From an uncultured Thermoplasmata archaeon (GTDB lineage Archaea > Thermoplasmatota > Thermoplasmata > Lutacidiplasmatales > UBA184), in assembly GCA_963749235.1 (NCBI GenBank), contig CAVVLV010000001.1:142568-206567 (forward strand): a DNA stretch of 64,000 nt. Direction: 5' to 3'. Position 1 is the first letter of the stretch; each line of letters starts with the position of its first letter. Below the pieces are notes generated by a model. That model did not search any database. It was not told where the DNA came from and worked only from the letters and a program-made list of their open reading frames with translations. Position numbers and translations under genes: made by a program. Positions 19,853-29,945 of the stretch are shown in pieces.

Positions 19853-20410
19853 ATGGCCCGTCGCTTGTCTGCACCCGTCAAGATAGGCATTACCGGTCTT
19901 CCCGGGTCCGGAAAGACGCAGACCCTCCTTCGGATCATCCAGCTGCTCGAGGAGGAGGGCGTCACGGTCGGCGGGATGGTCACCGAGCCGATCGTCGAGA
20001 AGCAGCGCCGCACCGGTTTCCAGATCACCAACTGGCTCACCAAAGAGCACGAGGTGTTCGCCCACGAGACGATGAAGTCGCGCGTGCGATCCGGACGCTA
20101 CGGGGTCAACCTCGCGGCCCTCGAGGGGCTCGGCATCCGAGCCCTCGCCGAGGCGCGGGAGTCCGCCGACGTCATCGTCATCGACGAGGTCGGCAAGATG
20201 GAGGTCGAGAGCGAGACCTTCACGAAGAGCGTCGTCGACACCCTGGACGCGAAGAAGTCGATCATCATGACCCTCCACAAGAAGTCCCGGAACCCCCTGC
20301 TCCAGGACATCCGGCGGAGGGACGAACTACGGCTCCTCGAAGTGACGCCCGTCAACAAGAACCTCCTCGCGTTCAAGATCGTGCACCTGATCACGGGGCA
20401 GGCCCACTAG
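19853..20410 (+). CDS. nucleoside-triphosphatase THEP1 family
   Basis: MARRLSAPVKIGITGLPGSGKTQT (Walker A) ...VIVIDEVGKME (Walker B). An alternative ATG lies at 19826. Confidence 0.8.
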   Translation: MARRLSAPVKIGITGLPGSGKTQTLLRIIQLLEEEGVTVGGMVTEPIVEKQRRTGFQITNWLTKEHEVFAHETMKSRVRSGRYGVNLAALEGLGIRALAEARESADVIVIDEVGKMEVESETFTKSVVDTLDAKKSIIMTLHKKSRNPLLQDIRRRDELRLLEVTPVNKNLLAFKIVHLITGQAH

Positions 20411-21480
20411 TCCGGACCCGGGAGGGGGGCACCGACCTCCTCCTCCCCGAGGTCGCTTCCGGACGCGGACCGAGGTCCCGGGCGCCGGTCTTCTACAATC
20501 CGGCGATGGCCGTCGATCGGGACCTGGCGGTCGCGTTCGTACGCGCCCGATTCCCGGAGGGGGCGGGCTCGGGATGGGACATGCTGGCCGCGACCGGCGC
20601 CCGTGGTCTTCGTCTCGTCCGCGAGGGCCGGGGATTCCGGTCGTTCCTCTTCACGGAGGCCAACCCGGACGCGGTGGCCGTGCTCGAGCAGAACGTGCTC
20701 GGCGTACCGGGGACCCGGGTTCGGCTCGGGGACGCCCACCAGACTCCGGAAGGCGGTCCGTTCGACTACGTCGATCTCGACCCGTACGGTTCCCCGCTCT
20801 CGTTCCTCGACCCGGCGATCGCCGCCGTCGCCCCGGGCGGGGTGCTCGCCGTGACGGCGACCGACCTGATGGTCCTCGCCGGGGTCCAACCGGGCGCGTG
20901 CGAGCGGCGGTACGGGGCCCGCCCCGTCCGGGGCCGCCTGGGACCGGAAAGCGGTCTCCGCATCCTCCTCGCGAACCTCGCCGCCGCCGCGCGCCGCCAC
21001 GGACGGGGCCTGCGGCCCTTCCTTGCCTACGTGCGGGATCATCACGTTCGAGCCTACGTCGAGCTCACGGCGACGCCGTCCGCATCGGATCCCGTGGGGA
21101 CGATCGACCCGGCGACGTGGGAGGGGCCCTCCGTCGGCACGGGCGCTCCCTACGGTCCCCTCTGGCTCGGGCCCCTCTTCGACCCGGAACTCGTCGCCCG
21201 ACTCGAAGCCCCGGCGGCCGCCGCGCATCCGCACGAGGTCGAATCGTTCCTCGCCAAGGTGCGGGGAGAAGTGGTGGTCGACCGACCGTTCTACTACGAA
21301 GCGAACGAGCTCGCGGGAGCGCTGGGATTACCCGCCCCGGGGTCGCTCGCCCAATTTGTTTCGGCGTTGTCGGCCCAGGGATACCGAGCCGCGCCGACCC
21401 ATGCCCGCGCCGGCGGATTTCGGACCGACGCGCCCCGCCCGGTCGTGGAGTCGGTCGCGCGTTCGATCGCGAATCCCTAG
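20410..21480 (+). CDS. trm1: tRNA (guanine26-N2)-dimethyltransferase Trm1; start codon unresolved
   Basis: REGGTDLLLPEVASG...PVFYNPAMAVDRDLAV...DLDPYGSPLSFLD. The conserved N-terminal region begins right after the THEP1 stop, but there is no in-frame ATG/GTG/TTG between there and ATG 20505. Confidence 0.8.
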   Translation, partial: VRTREGGTDLLLPEVASGRGPRSRAPVFYNPAMAVDRDLAVAFVRARFPEGAGSGWDMLAATGARGLRLVREGRGFRSFLFTEANPDAVAVLEQNVLGVPGTRVRLGDAHQTPEGGPFDYVDLDPYGSPLSFLDPAIAAVAPGGVLAVTATDLMVLAGVQPGACERRYGARPVRGRLGPESGLRILLANLAAAARRHGRGLRPFLAYVRDHHVRAYVELTATPSASDPVGTIDPATWEGPSVGTGAPYGPLWLGPLFDPELVARLEAPAAAAHPHEVESFLAKVRGEVVVDRPFYYEANELAGALGLPAPGSLAQFVSALSAQGYRAAPTHARAGGFRTDAPRPVVESVARSIANP

Positions 21481-24327
21481 TCCCAGAACGCCCGGGTCTT
21501 GGCGTAGCTCCGTTCGGCCCTCAGGATCTCGGTGAAGAACGCGTCGTCGTCCCGGTACAGCCGAGCGAGGAGGCGGCGGGCCGTTTCGGGGCCGATCCCC
21601 CGGGCGGCAAGGGCGTAAAGTGCGCGTTCCCCGTAATGGGCGACGAGCTCGGCCGACGTGTCAGCCGGTCCGGACGAGCGCCTCGACCTCCGGGGACGGC
21701 TCCCGCTCCTTCCGCGTCGGCCGCTTGGCGGTCTTGCCCTTGGGTTTCCACTTGCGTTTCGCATACTGGACGAGCCGCTCGACGTCCTTCTCCCGACGCG
21801 GCGAGAGCACCGCGGAAAGCGAACCGCCGCAGAGAAGGCATCGGCTCCCGCCCTCCGTCTGGTACCGGGCCGGCGTGGTCTCTCGCTGGAAACCGCACCG
21901 GAGACAGACGAGGGCCAGGCGCTCCTTGGCCAACCGCTCCCGGACGGCCCTTAAGAGCGTCGGGGGCGGCGTGTCCGAGATCGCCCGCCAGCGCAGCCGC
22001 TCCAGGGGCCCGTCCGTGAGCGCGGAGGGGGCGGTGGCGACGACCTCGAGAGTGCCCGACCGGACCCGAAGCAGGATCTCGCGGGCGTGCTCGACGTCGA
22101 ACCGGTCGTGCAACGTCTTGTCGAGGGTCTCCTCGCCGAGCGGGTTGGTCCGGCTCTGGTCGAGCAGAGGCTCGAGGGTGCGCAGGTCGCGCGGGTCGGC
22201 GGTCGACGGGATCACGCCGAGCTTTCGGGCGACGGCCAGGAAGACCCACCGGTAGTCGAGGCCGCTCGGAATGAGCCGATCGACCAGCGGTAGCAGGGAG
22301 TCGGGCTCGATCGAGAACGCGTCCACGAGCGTGGGGCCGTCGACCGCGATCGGGAGCTCGAGGACGAACCACGTAGGTTCGACCGCGAGGACCTCCGTGC
22401 GCGCGCCCAGCCGCGCCGTCAACTGGCCGGCGACCGCGAGCGCGAGGGTTTCGTTGGTTCGAGTGCCAAAGCAGGCGCCGTACACCACGATGCGCCCCCG
22501 GGCGGTGACCGTGACCCGCTGGTCGGTCGGGAGGGCGTCGGCCGCGATCGCGGCGTCCCGCCGTCGCGCGAGACGGGCCGCATCTTCGGAGCTCAACGGG
22601 TAGCGGTCGAAGCCTCCCTCGCGACGCAGCCGGCCGATCTCCTGCGCCACGTCGAACGGAACCGGGAGGTCCTCGCCCGCCCATCGGGGTTCCGTCCCGA
22701 TCTCCTTCACGGTCTCCACCAGGAGCTCTCCTTCCCGGTACTCGACGACCTTCCAGGTGCGGCCGTGGAGGAGGAAGATCTCCTCGGGTTGGGCGAGGAT
22801 CTGGGTGAGCACGAACCGCTCGTCCAACGTGCCGATGAGCCGGCGGGTCGCGATGTCCCGCAGCCGATAGGTGCGTTCGTCGGGGATCAGCGAGAGTGAG
22901 GCGTAGAACCGAGCCAGGGTTCCTCGGCCGGGTGCGATCTTCCCGTCGTCCTGTCGCTTCGCCAGGCGGAGCGCGACCAGGTAGTCCAGCAACGCGTCCC
23001 AATCGGGGCGGGTGAGATCGTGCACCGCTTCAGCGTGGCCGAGCACCTCGATGAGGCGTGCCGGCTCGGTCGGTCCCTCCGCCCGCAGGGTCGCGACGAC
23101 CTGCTGGGCCGCCGCGAGCCGGTTCCGGGTTCGCCACGACGCCGGCTCGATCAATCCTTCGTCGGCCCGACGGGCGAGCACCGCCGCCTCCTCCAAGTCG
23201 TCATTGTCGAGCGCGAGGACGGTGCCGTGGATGATCCGGTCCGAGCGATGGCCGGACCGTCCGACCCGCTGGACGAGACGACCGACCTGGTGCGGGGAAC
23301 CGAACTGGACGACGTGGTCGATCCCGCCAATATCGATGCCGAGCTCGAGCGAGGAGGTCGCGACGAGCGCCCGCAGACGGCCCTCCCGGAAGGAGCGTTC
23401 CGCCTCCTCCCGCATCTCGCGCGAGAGGGATCCGTGATGCACCGCCACGGCGAGGTCCGGGGCCAGCAAGCCCAGGCGAGCCGCGAGACCTTCTGCAGTA
23501 GGGCGGGTGTTGACGAAGATGAGGGTGGTCGAATGGGCCCGGATCTCGGCCTCGACGGCGCGCAGCCCCGCCAGGAGCGTCGGATCGGCCTTGAGGTCGC
23601 TGACGAGCTCGGGGTCGAGCGGAGGATACTCGTCGGCCGGGCGTCGCGCGAACAGCTCGAGTTCGCGCCGCGATTCCGCGGTGCGGACCTCCACCGTCCG
23701 GGGTGCAGGGGCGAGGAACCGCGCGACCTCGGCCGGATTGCCGACCGTCGCGGAGAGCCCGATGCGACGGACCCGACGGCCGGTCAGGGCGTCCAGACGC
23801 TCGAGCGTGAGCCCGAGCTGAGCCCCGCGATCCGATCCGACCAGTTCGTGGATCTCGTCGACGATCACGGTGCGCACGTTGCGGAGCGACTCTCTCAGCC
23901 GGCGCCCGACGAGCAGGATCTGGAGGGTCTCCGGGGTCGTCAGGAGGAGGTCCGGAGGCCGACGGGATTGGGCGAGTCGAGCCGATTGCGACGTGTCCCC
24001 GTGCCGGACGGCCGCCGTCAACCCGACCTCCTCCACCAGGGCGACCAACCGATGCTCGAGGTCCCGGTTCAGCGCCCTAAGCGGAGTCACGTAGAGGATC
24101 GAGATCGGAGGGGTCGGGTCCGAAAGACGACGGGAGAGGAGCGGGAGCAAGGCCGCCTCCGTCTTCCCCGTCCCGGTCGGGGAGAGGAGGAGGGCGTCCG
24201 AGTCGCCGTTCAGGAGGGGCAGCGCCAGCCGCTGGATCTCGGTCGGCTCACGGATCCCACGTCGGGCGACCGCCTCGGCCAGTCGGGGGTCGATGCCGGG
24301 GAGGAGAGCGCGCACGTCGGACGCCAT
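21477..24327 (-). pseudogene. lhr: Lhr-type large DEAD/DEAH helicase, C-terminal 60 aa displaced by one extra base near 21668
   Basis: ATG 24327 gives MASDVRALLPGID...LLLSPTGTGKTEAA...VDEIHEL...LSATVGN...CLRCG..CLLCGG, ending artificially at 21661. The family C-terminus AELVAHYGERALYALAARGIGPETARRLL...AERSYAKTRAFWD continues in the next frame to 21477. The span is 2851 nt (3n+1). Confidence 0.85.
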
Positions 24328-24376
24328 GGACGGAGCGGGCGGGACCCAGAGCGGACGGAAAGGGGTGTCGGGGCGC

Positions 24377-24814
24377 CTACCGGTTCGGCCCGGGCGTGAG
24401 GTCGAGCATGCGGAGGCCGATGCTTTCCTCGAGGGGGCGGTCGAAGGAATGGGAGGGGAAGGTCTCGAGGACGACCTCCTGGAGGATCCCGATCGTCGCC
24501 CGGAGGAGATGGCCCCCCACCAAGTGGTGGTCGGGCCCGGCGACCGCGCCGTGGAGATGGATCGAGGGGTGTCCATCCGCCCACGCGATCGTCCCGTGGA
24601 GCGCGATCACCTCGTGCGGGACCGTGAGCTCGTGCGGCTGGTACTGGCTTCCATCCCAGTAGCCGAAGGTGGCGCGCCGGAACATCCCGATGCCGAAGAG
24701 GATGGCGCCCGCCCGTACGTGCTCCTTCTCGGCGAACGCGCTCAGCGTCTCGAAGAGATCCTGACCTTCATCGAGACGCAGCACCCACCGGGCTCCCTCG
24801 TGCACCGCCTGCAT
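24377..24814 (-). CDS. PPC-domain (DUF296) DNA-binding-like protein
   Basis: 145 aa with ...ILFGIGMFRRATFGYWD...HLHGAVAGPDHHLVGGHL, typical of the PCC/DUF296 fold. Confidence 0.75.
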   Translation of the reverse strand: MQAVHEGARWVLRLDEGQDLFETLSAFAEKEHVRAGAILFGIGMFRRATFGYWDGSQYQPHELTVPHEVIALHGTIAWADGHPSIHLHGAVAGPDHHLVGGHLLRATIGILQEVVLETFPSHSFDRPLEESIGLRMLDLTPGPNR

Positions 24815-24891
24815 CGACCGCCCCTTCCCGGGGCGGAAGGCGCCGTCGTGAGAGATACCGTTTTCCCTGTCGGCCGGGTGACGGTCGCCCC

Positions 24892-25722
24892 GTGGTCGAA
24901 TCGGTCACCCGACCCACACTTCCTGCCGCCGAGCGCACGCTCGTCGAACGGATCCGCGAGCGCGGCCCCGCACTCATCGCCCTATCGGGCGGGGTCGATT
25001 CGGCCCTGGTCGCCTCCCTCGCCTTCGAGGCGCTCGGTCCGGGAGCCGTCGCGGTCACGCTCTCGGGTCCGGCGGTCTCCCGGGCGGAAGCCGAACGAGC
25101 GATCGGGGTGGCTCGGGCGATCGGGATCGAGCATCACCTCGTCCGGGCGAACCCGCTCGAGAACGCCGACTACCGGGCGAACCCCACCGACCGTTGCTAC
25201 TTCTGCCGGTCCGTGGAGACCCGTCGCTTGCGCGAGTTCGGGGAGGCCCGGGGGATCCATCAGTACCTGGACGGGGTTCATTCGGACGACCTCAACGACG
25301 ACCGACCGGGCCTGCGGGCCATGGACGAGGCCGGGTTCGACCACCCTCTGGCCTGGGGGGGCTGGACGAAGGCCGAAGTGCGGCGCGTCGCCCGGCTCCG
25401 CGGCCTCCCGAACGCCGAGCAGCCCTCGGATGCCTGCCTCGCGTCCCGCGTCGCCCACGGGGACGCGATTGACGGGGCCCTACTCGCCCGCATCGAGGCG
25501 GCGGAAGCGGTCCTGCTCGGTCGTGGGTTTCGACGGGTTCGCGTCCGCGTGCACGCTGGAGCGGCCCGCATCGAGGTCGACCCCGACGAGGTTTCTCTCC
25601 TCTCCGTCCCGGCGACCGCGACGGCGGTCACGGCCGAGATCGGAGCGCTCGGTTTCTCGGCGGTGACGATCGACCCGTTCGGCTACGGCGGCCGACGACT
25701 GGGCCCGGAGGGAGCTCGGTGA
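24892..25722 (+). CDS. larE: PP-loop ATP pyrophosphatase of the LarE/TIGR00268 family
   Basis: 276 aa with ALSGGVDSALVA (SGGxDS PP-loop), CYFCR, and PSDACLASRV, equivalent to the LarE Cys loop. Confidence 0.75.
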   Translation: MVESVTRPTLPAAERTLVERIRERGPALIALSGGVDSALVASLAFEALGPGAVAVTLSGPAVSRAEAERAIGVARAIGIEHHLVRANPLENADYRANPTDRCYFCRSVETRRLREFGEARGIHQYLDGVHSDDLNDDRPGLRAMDEAGFDHPLAWGGWTKAEVRRVARLRGLPNAEQPSDACLASRVAHGDAIDGALLARIEAAEAVLLGRGFRRVRVRVHAGAARIEVDPDEVSLLSVPATATAVTAEIGALGFSAVTIDPFGYGGRRLGPEGAR

Positions 25723-27767
25723 GCCCGAGGTCGAAATCGGCCAAGGCGACGGCGGAACCGGAGCTCCCGGGCCACTTCGAGCTCGAGACCGATATGGTTC
25801 CCCAGGGAGACCAGCCCCATGCGATCGACGAGGTCGTGGCCCGCCTCAAACGGCGGGAGAAGTACGTCACCCTGCTGGGAGTCACCGGCAGCGGCAAGAC
25901 GTTCACCATGGCGCACACCGTCCAGCGCCTGCAGCGCCCCACGCTGGTGGTCAGTCCCAACAAGACGCTCGCCGCCCAGCTCGTGAGCGAGTTTCGAGCC
26001 CTGTTCCCCCGGAACGCGGTCGAGTACTTCGTCAGCTACTACGACTACTATCAGCCCGAGGCGTACGTCCCCCAGATCGACCTGTACATCGAGAAGGACA
26101 TGTCGATCAACGAGGAGATCGATCGACTCCGCCATCGCGCGACCCAGGCGCTCCTCACGCGACGGGACGTCCTGGTCGTCGCGTCCGTGAGCTGCATCTA
26201 CGGCCTGGGCTCCCCCGAGGACTATCGGGCCTCGGTGGTCGAGCTCCACGTCGGGCAGGACATCGGGCGCCAGGAACTGATCGACCAGCTCGTCCGGATG
26301 AAGTACCAGCGCAACGACATGGAGCTGAAGCGCGGCCGGTTCCGCGTCCGCGGGGGCACGCTGGACGTCATGGGCGCGGGTGAGACCGTGCACCGGATCG
26401 TTCTCGACGGCCGGGTCGTATCCTCGATCGCGGAGCTCGATCCTATCACCCGGGAGGAGCGACGGGACCTGGACCAGCTCTCGGTGTTCCCGGCGACGCA
26501 CTTTCTGACGGTGGACGAACGGATGCGCGGAATCCTGCACGAGATCGAGCGGGAGCGGGACGTCCGCGTCAAGGAGCTCGCCGACGGGGAGAAGATCGTG
26601 GAAGCGCAGCGGCTCAAGGGGCGGGTCAACTACGACCTCGAGATGCTTCGGGAGACGGGGTACTGCTCGGGCGTGGAGAACTACTCGCGGTACTTCGCGG
26701 GACGGAAACCCGGGGAACCCCCGTACACGCTGCTCGACTTCTTCCCGAAGGACCTGCTCGTTTTCTTGGACGAGTCGCATGCCACGATCCCCCAGCTCCA
26801 GGGAATGTACAAAGGGGACCGGAGCCGCAAGGACAACCTGGTCGAGTTCGGGTGGCGCCTCCCCTCCTGTCGCGACAACCGACCTCTCACCTTCCCCGAG
26901 TTCCTCACCCGGGTCCCCCAAGCCGTCTTCGTCTCGGCGACGCCCGGACCGTTCGAGCACAAGGTGTCGAAGGGGGTGGTCGAACAGATCATCCGGCCGA
27001 CCGGTCTCGTTGACCCGCCCATCGAGGTGCGCCCGCTCGCGGGGCATATCGAGGACCTGGTCGGAGAGCTGAGGCGCTGCATCGCGGACGGCGACCGGGC
27101 CCTCGTTACGACCTTGACGAAGCGAACCAGCGAGGAGCTCGCGAACTACCTGACGAAGCTCGGCCTCAAGGTTCGGTACCTCCACTCGGACGTCGAGACC
27201 CTGAAGCGGGTCGAGGTCCTGCGCGACCTCCGGCTCGGGCAGTTCGATGTCCTGGTCGGCATCAACCTCCTCCGCGAGGGGCTCGACCTGCCCGAGGTCA
27301 GTTTCGTGGCGATCCTGGATGCCGACAAGGAAGGCTACCTGCGGAGCGAGACCTCGATCGTGCAGACCGCAGGACGGGCGAGCCGGAACGAACGAGGGAA
27401 GGTCGTCCTCTATGCGGACCGCACCACGGGCTCGATGCAACGCGCGATCGACGAGATGACCCGTCGTCGCACCGCCCAGGTCGAGTACAACCGGGTCCAC
27501 GGCATCGTGCCCGAATCCGTCCAGAAGGAGGTCCGGGCCCTGCTCGGTCCGGCCGAGGGCACCACCGAGCTCTCGACCTCGGGGTTGGGGAAGAAGTGGA
27601 AGGAGAAGCTCCCCCTGCTTCTCGCGAACCTGGAAGAAGAGATGCGGCTCTCCGCCGAGCGCCTCGACTTCGAGGAAGCGGCCCGGATCCGGGATCGGAT
27701 CCGCGAGATCAAGCGCGACGCGGCCGCCTCCCCGGACCGACGTCCTGCCGCGGCGGCCAAAGCGTAG
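25719..27767 (+). CDS. uvrB: excinuclease ABC subunit B
   Basis: 682 aa with LLGVTGSGKTFTMA, YYDYYQPEAY, and a C-terminal UVR domain (LDFEEAARIRDRIREI). Confidence 0.95.
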   Translation: MSPRSKSAKATAEPELPGHFELETDMVPQGDQPHAIDEVVARLKRREKYVTLLGVTGSGKTFTMAHTVQRLQRPTLVVSPNKTLAAQLVSEFRALFPRNAVEYFVSYYDYYQPEAYVPQIDLYIEKDMSINEEIDRLRHRATQALLTRRDVLVVASVSCIYGLGSPEDYRASVVELHVGQDIGRQELIDQLVRMKYQRNDMELKRGRFRVRGGTLDVMGAGETVHRIVLDGRVVSSIAELDPITREERRDLDQLSVFPATHFLTVDERMRGILHEIERERDVRVKELADGEKIVEAQRLKGRVNYDLEMLRETGYCSGVENYSRYFAGRKPGEPPYTLLDFFPKDLLVFLDESHATIPQLQGMYKGDRSRKDNLVEFGWRLPSCRDNRPLTFPEFLTRVPQAVFVSATPGPFEHKVSKGVVEQIIRPTGLVDPPIEVRPLAGHIEDLVGELRRCIADGDRALVTTLTKRTSEELANYLTKLGLKVRYLHSDVETLKRVEVLRDLRLGQFDVLVGINLLREGLDLPEVSFVAILDADKEGYLRSETSIVQTAGRASRNERGKVVLYADRTTGSMQRAIDEMTRRRTAQVEYNRVHGIVPESVQKEVRALLGPAEGTTELSTSGLGKKWKEKLPLLLANLEEEMRLSAERLDFEEAARIRDRIREIKRDAAASPDRRPAAAAKA

Positions 27768-27791
27768 GCGTCCCCCTAGGTCCGGGGGGTA

Positions 27792-28682
27792 TTGTACCCG
27801 CGCCGGTGTCGTGAAATCGTGCCCCCCCGCCGTCCTTCCAAGTCACTGCGCCGGGGGGGTCTCTCCACTCTGCGCCGGTCCGGGGCCGTCAGCGACCTCC
27901 TGTTCCTCTACGAATGCGAGACCCGAGAGGTCGGCCAGTTGCGGATGGTCGCCGACCGGCTCGGCCTTTCGGTCCAGGCCGCCTCCCACACCTTCCGCAG
28001 CCTCGCCCGACGCGGGCTCGTGGAGCTGCGCGACGGCCGCTACCGTCCCACCGTGCGGGGAGTGGACTGGCTCCACACCGCGCTCGGCGGGGTCCGGGAC
28101 GACCTCGCGGAACGCCTCGACCGCCTGCATATCGTTCGCACGATGCCGGCGGTCGCGACCGCGGCGATCGCGGCCGGGCAGGCCGTCACCCTCGCGATCC
28201 AGGACGGCGTCCTGACCGCCACGCCGGGATCCACCGACGGCTCCAGGGGGCGAGTGATCCAGGCCGCAGGCGCCGGGGAACTCGTGGAGGTGGGCGAGCT
28301 CCAGGGGATCGTTCCGCTTCCGCATGGCCGCCTCCAGGTCGTCGCGATACCGAGTGACCGCTTGGTCGACCGCGCCCTGCCGGCCGAGGTGAGGGCCACG
28401 CTGGTGGCCGCTCGTCCCGGACTGCTCGCCGCGTTCGGGCTCGGCGCGTTTCACGTGCTGGCCCGCGCCGCCCCCGCCCGGCCGTTCGTTCGATTCGGAG
28501 TCGCCTCGGCGCTCGCCGAAGCGACGGAGCTCGGGGTTGACGGCACCGTGGTCGTCACCGACCGGGACCTGCCCCGGCTCTTCGAGCAGTTCGACCGGCC
28601 GGTGACGCCGAGCCTCGAGTTCCTACCGTTGCGACCCCCCGCCGGACGCCGGATTGCTCGTCGGACCCGGCCTCGCCGCTAG
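27792..28682 (+). CDS. winged-helix transcriptional regulator with uncharacterised C-terminal domain
   Basis: LRMVADRLGLSVQAASHTFRSLARRGLVELRDGRYRPT is wHTH-like. The true start is probably downstream of 27792. Confidence 0.5.
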   Translation: MYPRRCREIVPPRRPSKSLRRGGLSTLRRSGAVSDLLFLYECETREVGQLRMVADRLGLSVQAASHTFRSLARRGLVELRDGRYRPTVRGVDWLHTALGGVRDDLAERLDRLHIVRTMPAVATAAIAAGQAVTLAIQDGVLTATPGSTDGSRGRVIQAAGAGELVEVGELQGIVPLPHGRLQVVAIPSDRLVDRALPAEVRATLVAARPGLLAAFGLGAFHVLARAAPARPFVRFGVASALAEATELGVDGTVVVTDRDLPRLFEQFDRPVTPSLEFLPLRPPAGRRIARRTRPRR

Positions 28683-29945
28683 CGTGGCGAGTAGGGCCGG
28701 CACATCCCTCATCCGGATCGCCCCCTCGCTCACGAGCCGTTGCCGAACCTCGGTCGCCCGCCCACCGGCAAACTCGAGCGAAGTGCCCGGCGGTGGGTCC
28801 ATGAGGAAGATCGGGATGCGGGACGAAAACTCCTGGAGGTCCTCGAGATTGGCCAGGTTCGAGGGACCGACGGGGAACGGCGCTACCACGATCGCCTCCG
28901 CGGCCGCGAGCAGGACCCGGTTCCGGGCCCGCGCCTCCGCCCCGAGGGGAGCGAACGGGATCTCGACGGCCACCGAGACCCCGAGCTCGTGGGCCGTCTC
29001 GGTGTCCGAATCGAACAGGGGCAGCGCGCCCGCTGAGACCTCGAAGCCCTCCTCGACCAGGCGGCGCAGGAGGAGCACTCCGGTCCCGCCCCCGGCGACC
29101 ACATGGACTCGAAGGCGGCGCGATCGTCGAACCGAGAGCGGACCGAGGCCCAGCGGTAATTGCGGGATGAGGTAGGGGAGGCCGGTCGCCTCGTCACGAC
29201 GCACTTCGGCGACGACCCCCCAGACCCGAACCAGGAGTTCGGGGGAGAGGATCGCTTCCGGGGTCCCTTCGGCCACGAGCTGGCCATGAGAGAGCACGGC
29301 AACCCGGTCCGCGAACCGGGCCGCGAGGTTCAGGTCGTGAAGGGCGATGACGACGGCCCGGCCGTCCCGACGGGCGATACGTCGGATGCGGCCGAGGAGG
29401 TCGAGCTGGTGCCCGATGTCCAGGTGCGCGGTCGCCTCGTCCAGCAGGAGGATCGGGGTCTCCTGGGCCAACGTACGCGCGAGACGGGCGCGCTGACGCT
29501 CCCCTCCGCTCAGGGTCAGTATCCCCCGGCTCGCGAGGTCCGTCACATCCGCGTCGGCGAGCGCGGCGGCGACGGCTCGGGCGTCCGCCGGGCGCTCCGG
29601 GGCCAGGGGCGGAATGTGGGCGAACCGTCCATACCGGACGTAGTCGAGCAGAGGAACGTTGTCGCCCGGCGCCTCCTCCTGGGGCATCCAGGCCACGACC
29701 CGGGCCCGTTCTCGGAGCGAGAGCGAAGGGAGGGGACGGCCCTGAAGGTGGACCGAACCAGCGGAGATGGGCTCGAGCCCCACGATCGCGCGGAGGAGGC
29801 TCGACTTGCCCGAGCCGTTCGGCCCGGCGAGAGCGAGGACCTCCCCTCGAGGGACCGCGAGGCTGACCGAGCGGACCGCGACCTGCTCCCGGTAGCGAAC
29901 TGAGACGGCCTCGACGGTGAGCGGGAAGGACGGTTGGCCCGTCAT
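28623..29945 (-). CDS. Fe3+-siderophore/cobalamin-type ABC transporter ATPase (FepC/BtuD-like) fused to about 165 aa extra C-terminal domain
   Basis: 440 aa from ATG 29945, which overlaps the permease stop as ATGA. Motifs: GPNGSGKSSL, LSGGERQR, LLLDEATAHLD. Residues from about 276 (RRLRVHVVAGGGTGVLLLRRLVEEGFEV...) lie beyond the ABC cassette. Confidence 0.85.
   Translation of the reverse strand: MTGQPSFPLTVEAVSVRYREQVAVRSVSLAVPRGEVLALAGPNGSGKSSLLRAIVGLEPISAGSVHLQGRPLPSLSLRERARVVAWMPQEEAPGDNVPLLDYVRYGRFAHIPPLAPERPADARAVAAALADADVTDLASRGILTLSGGERQRARLARTLAQETPILLLDEATAHLDIGHQLDLLGRIRRIARRDGRAVVIALHDLNLAARFADRVAVLSHGQLVAEGTPEAILSPELLVRVWGVVAEVRRDEATGLPYLIPQLPLGLGPLSVRRSRRLRVHVVAGGGTGVLLLRRLVEEGFEVSAGALPLFDSDTETAHELGVSVAVEIPFAPLGAEARARNRVLLAAAEAIVVAPFPVGPSNLANLEDLQEFSSRIPIFLMDPPPGTSLEFAGGRATEVRQRLVSEGAIRMRDVPALLATLAARPGPTSNPASGGGSQR

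Noticed and set aside
13467-21480. Very long track ORFs (13467..16589 -, 15894..18311 +, 17084..19165 +, 18398..20278 -, 18754..21480 +)
   Set aside because: Only the 3' portions match real proteins (glyS, moeA, purQ, trm1). The 5' extensions are low-complexity read-through across neighbouring genes, and plausible internal starts exist for all but trm1.
25683-27500. 605 aa ORF antisense to uvrB
   Set aside because: UvrB on the plus strand is unambiguous. The antisense product has no motifs and is a mirror-frame artefact.
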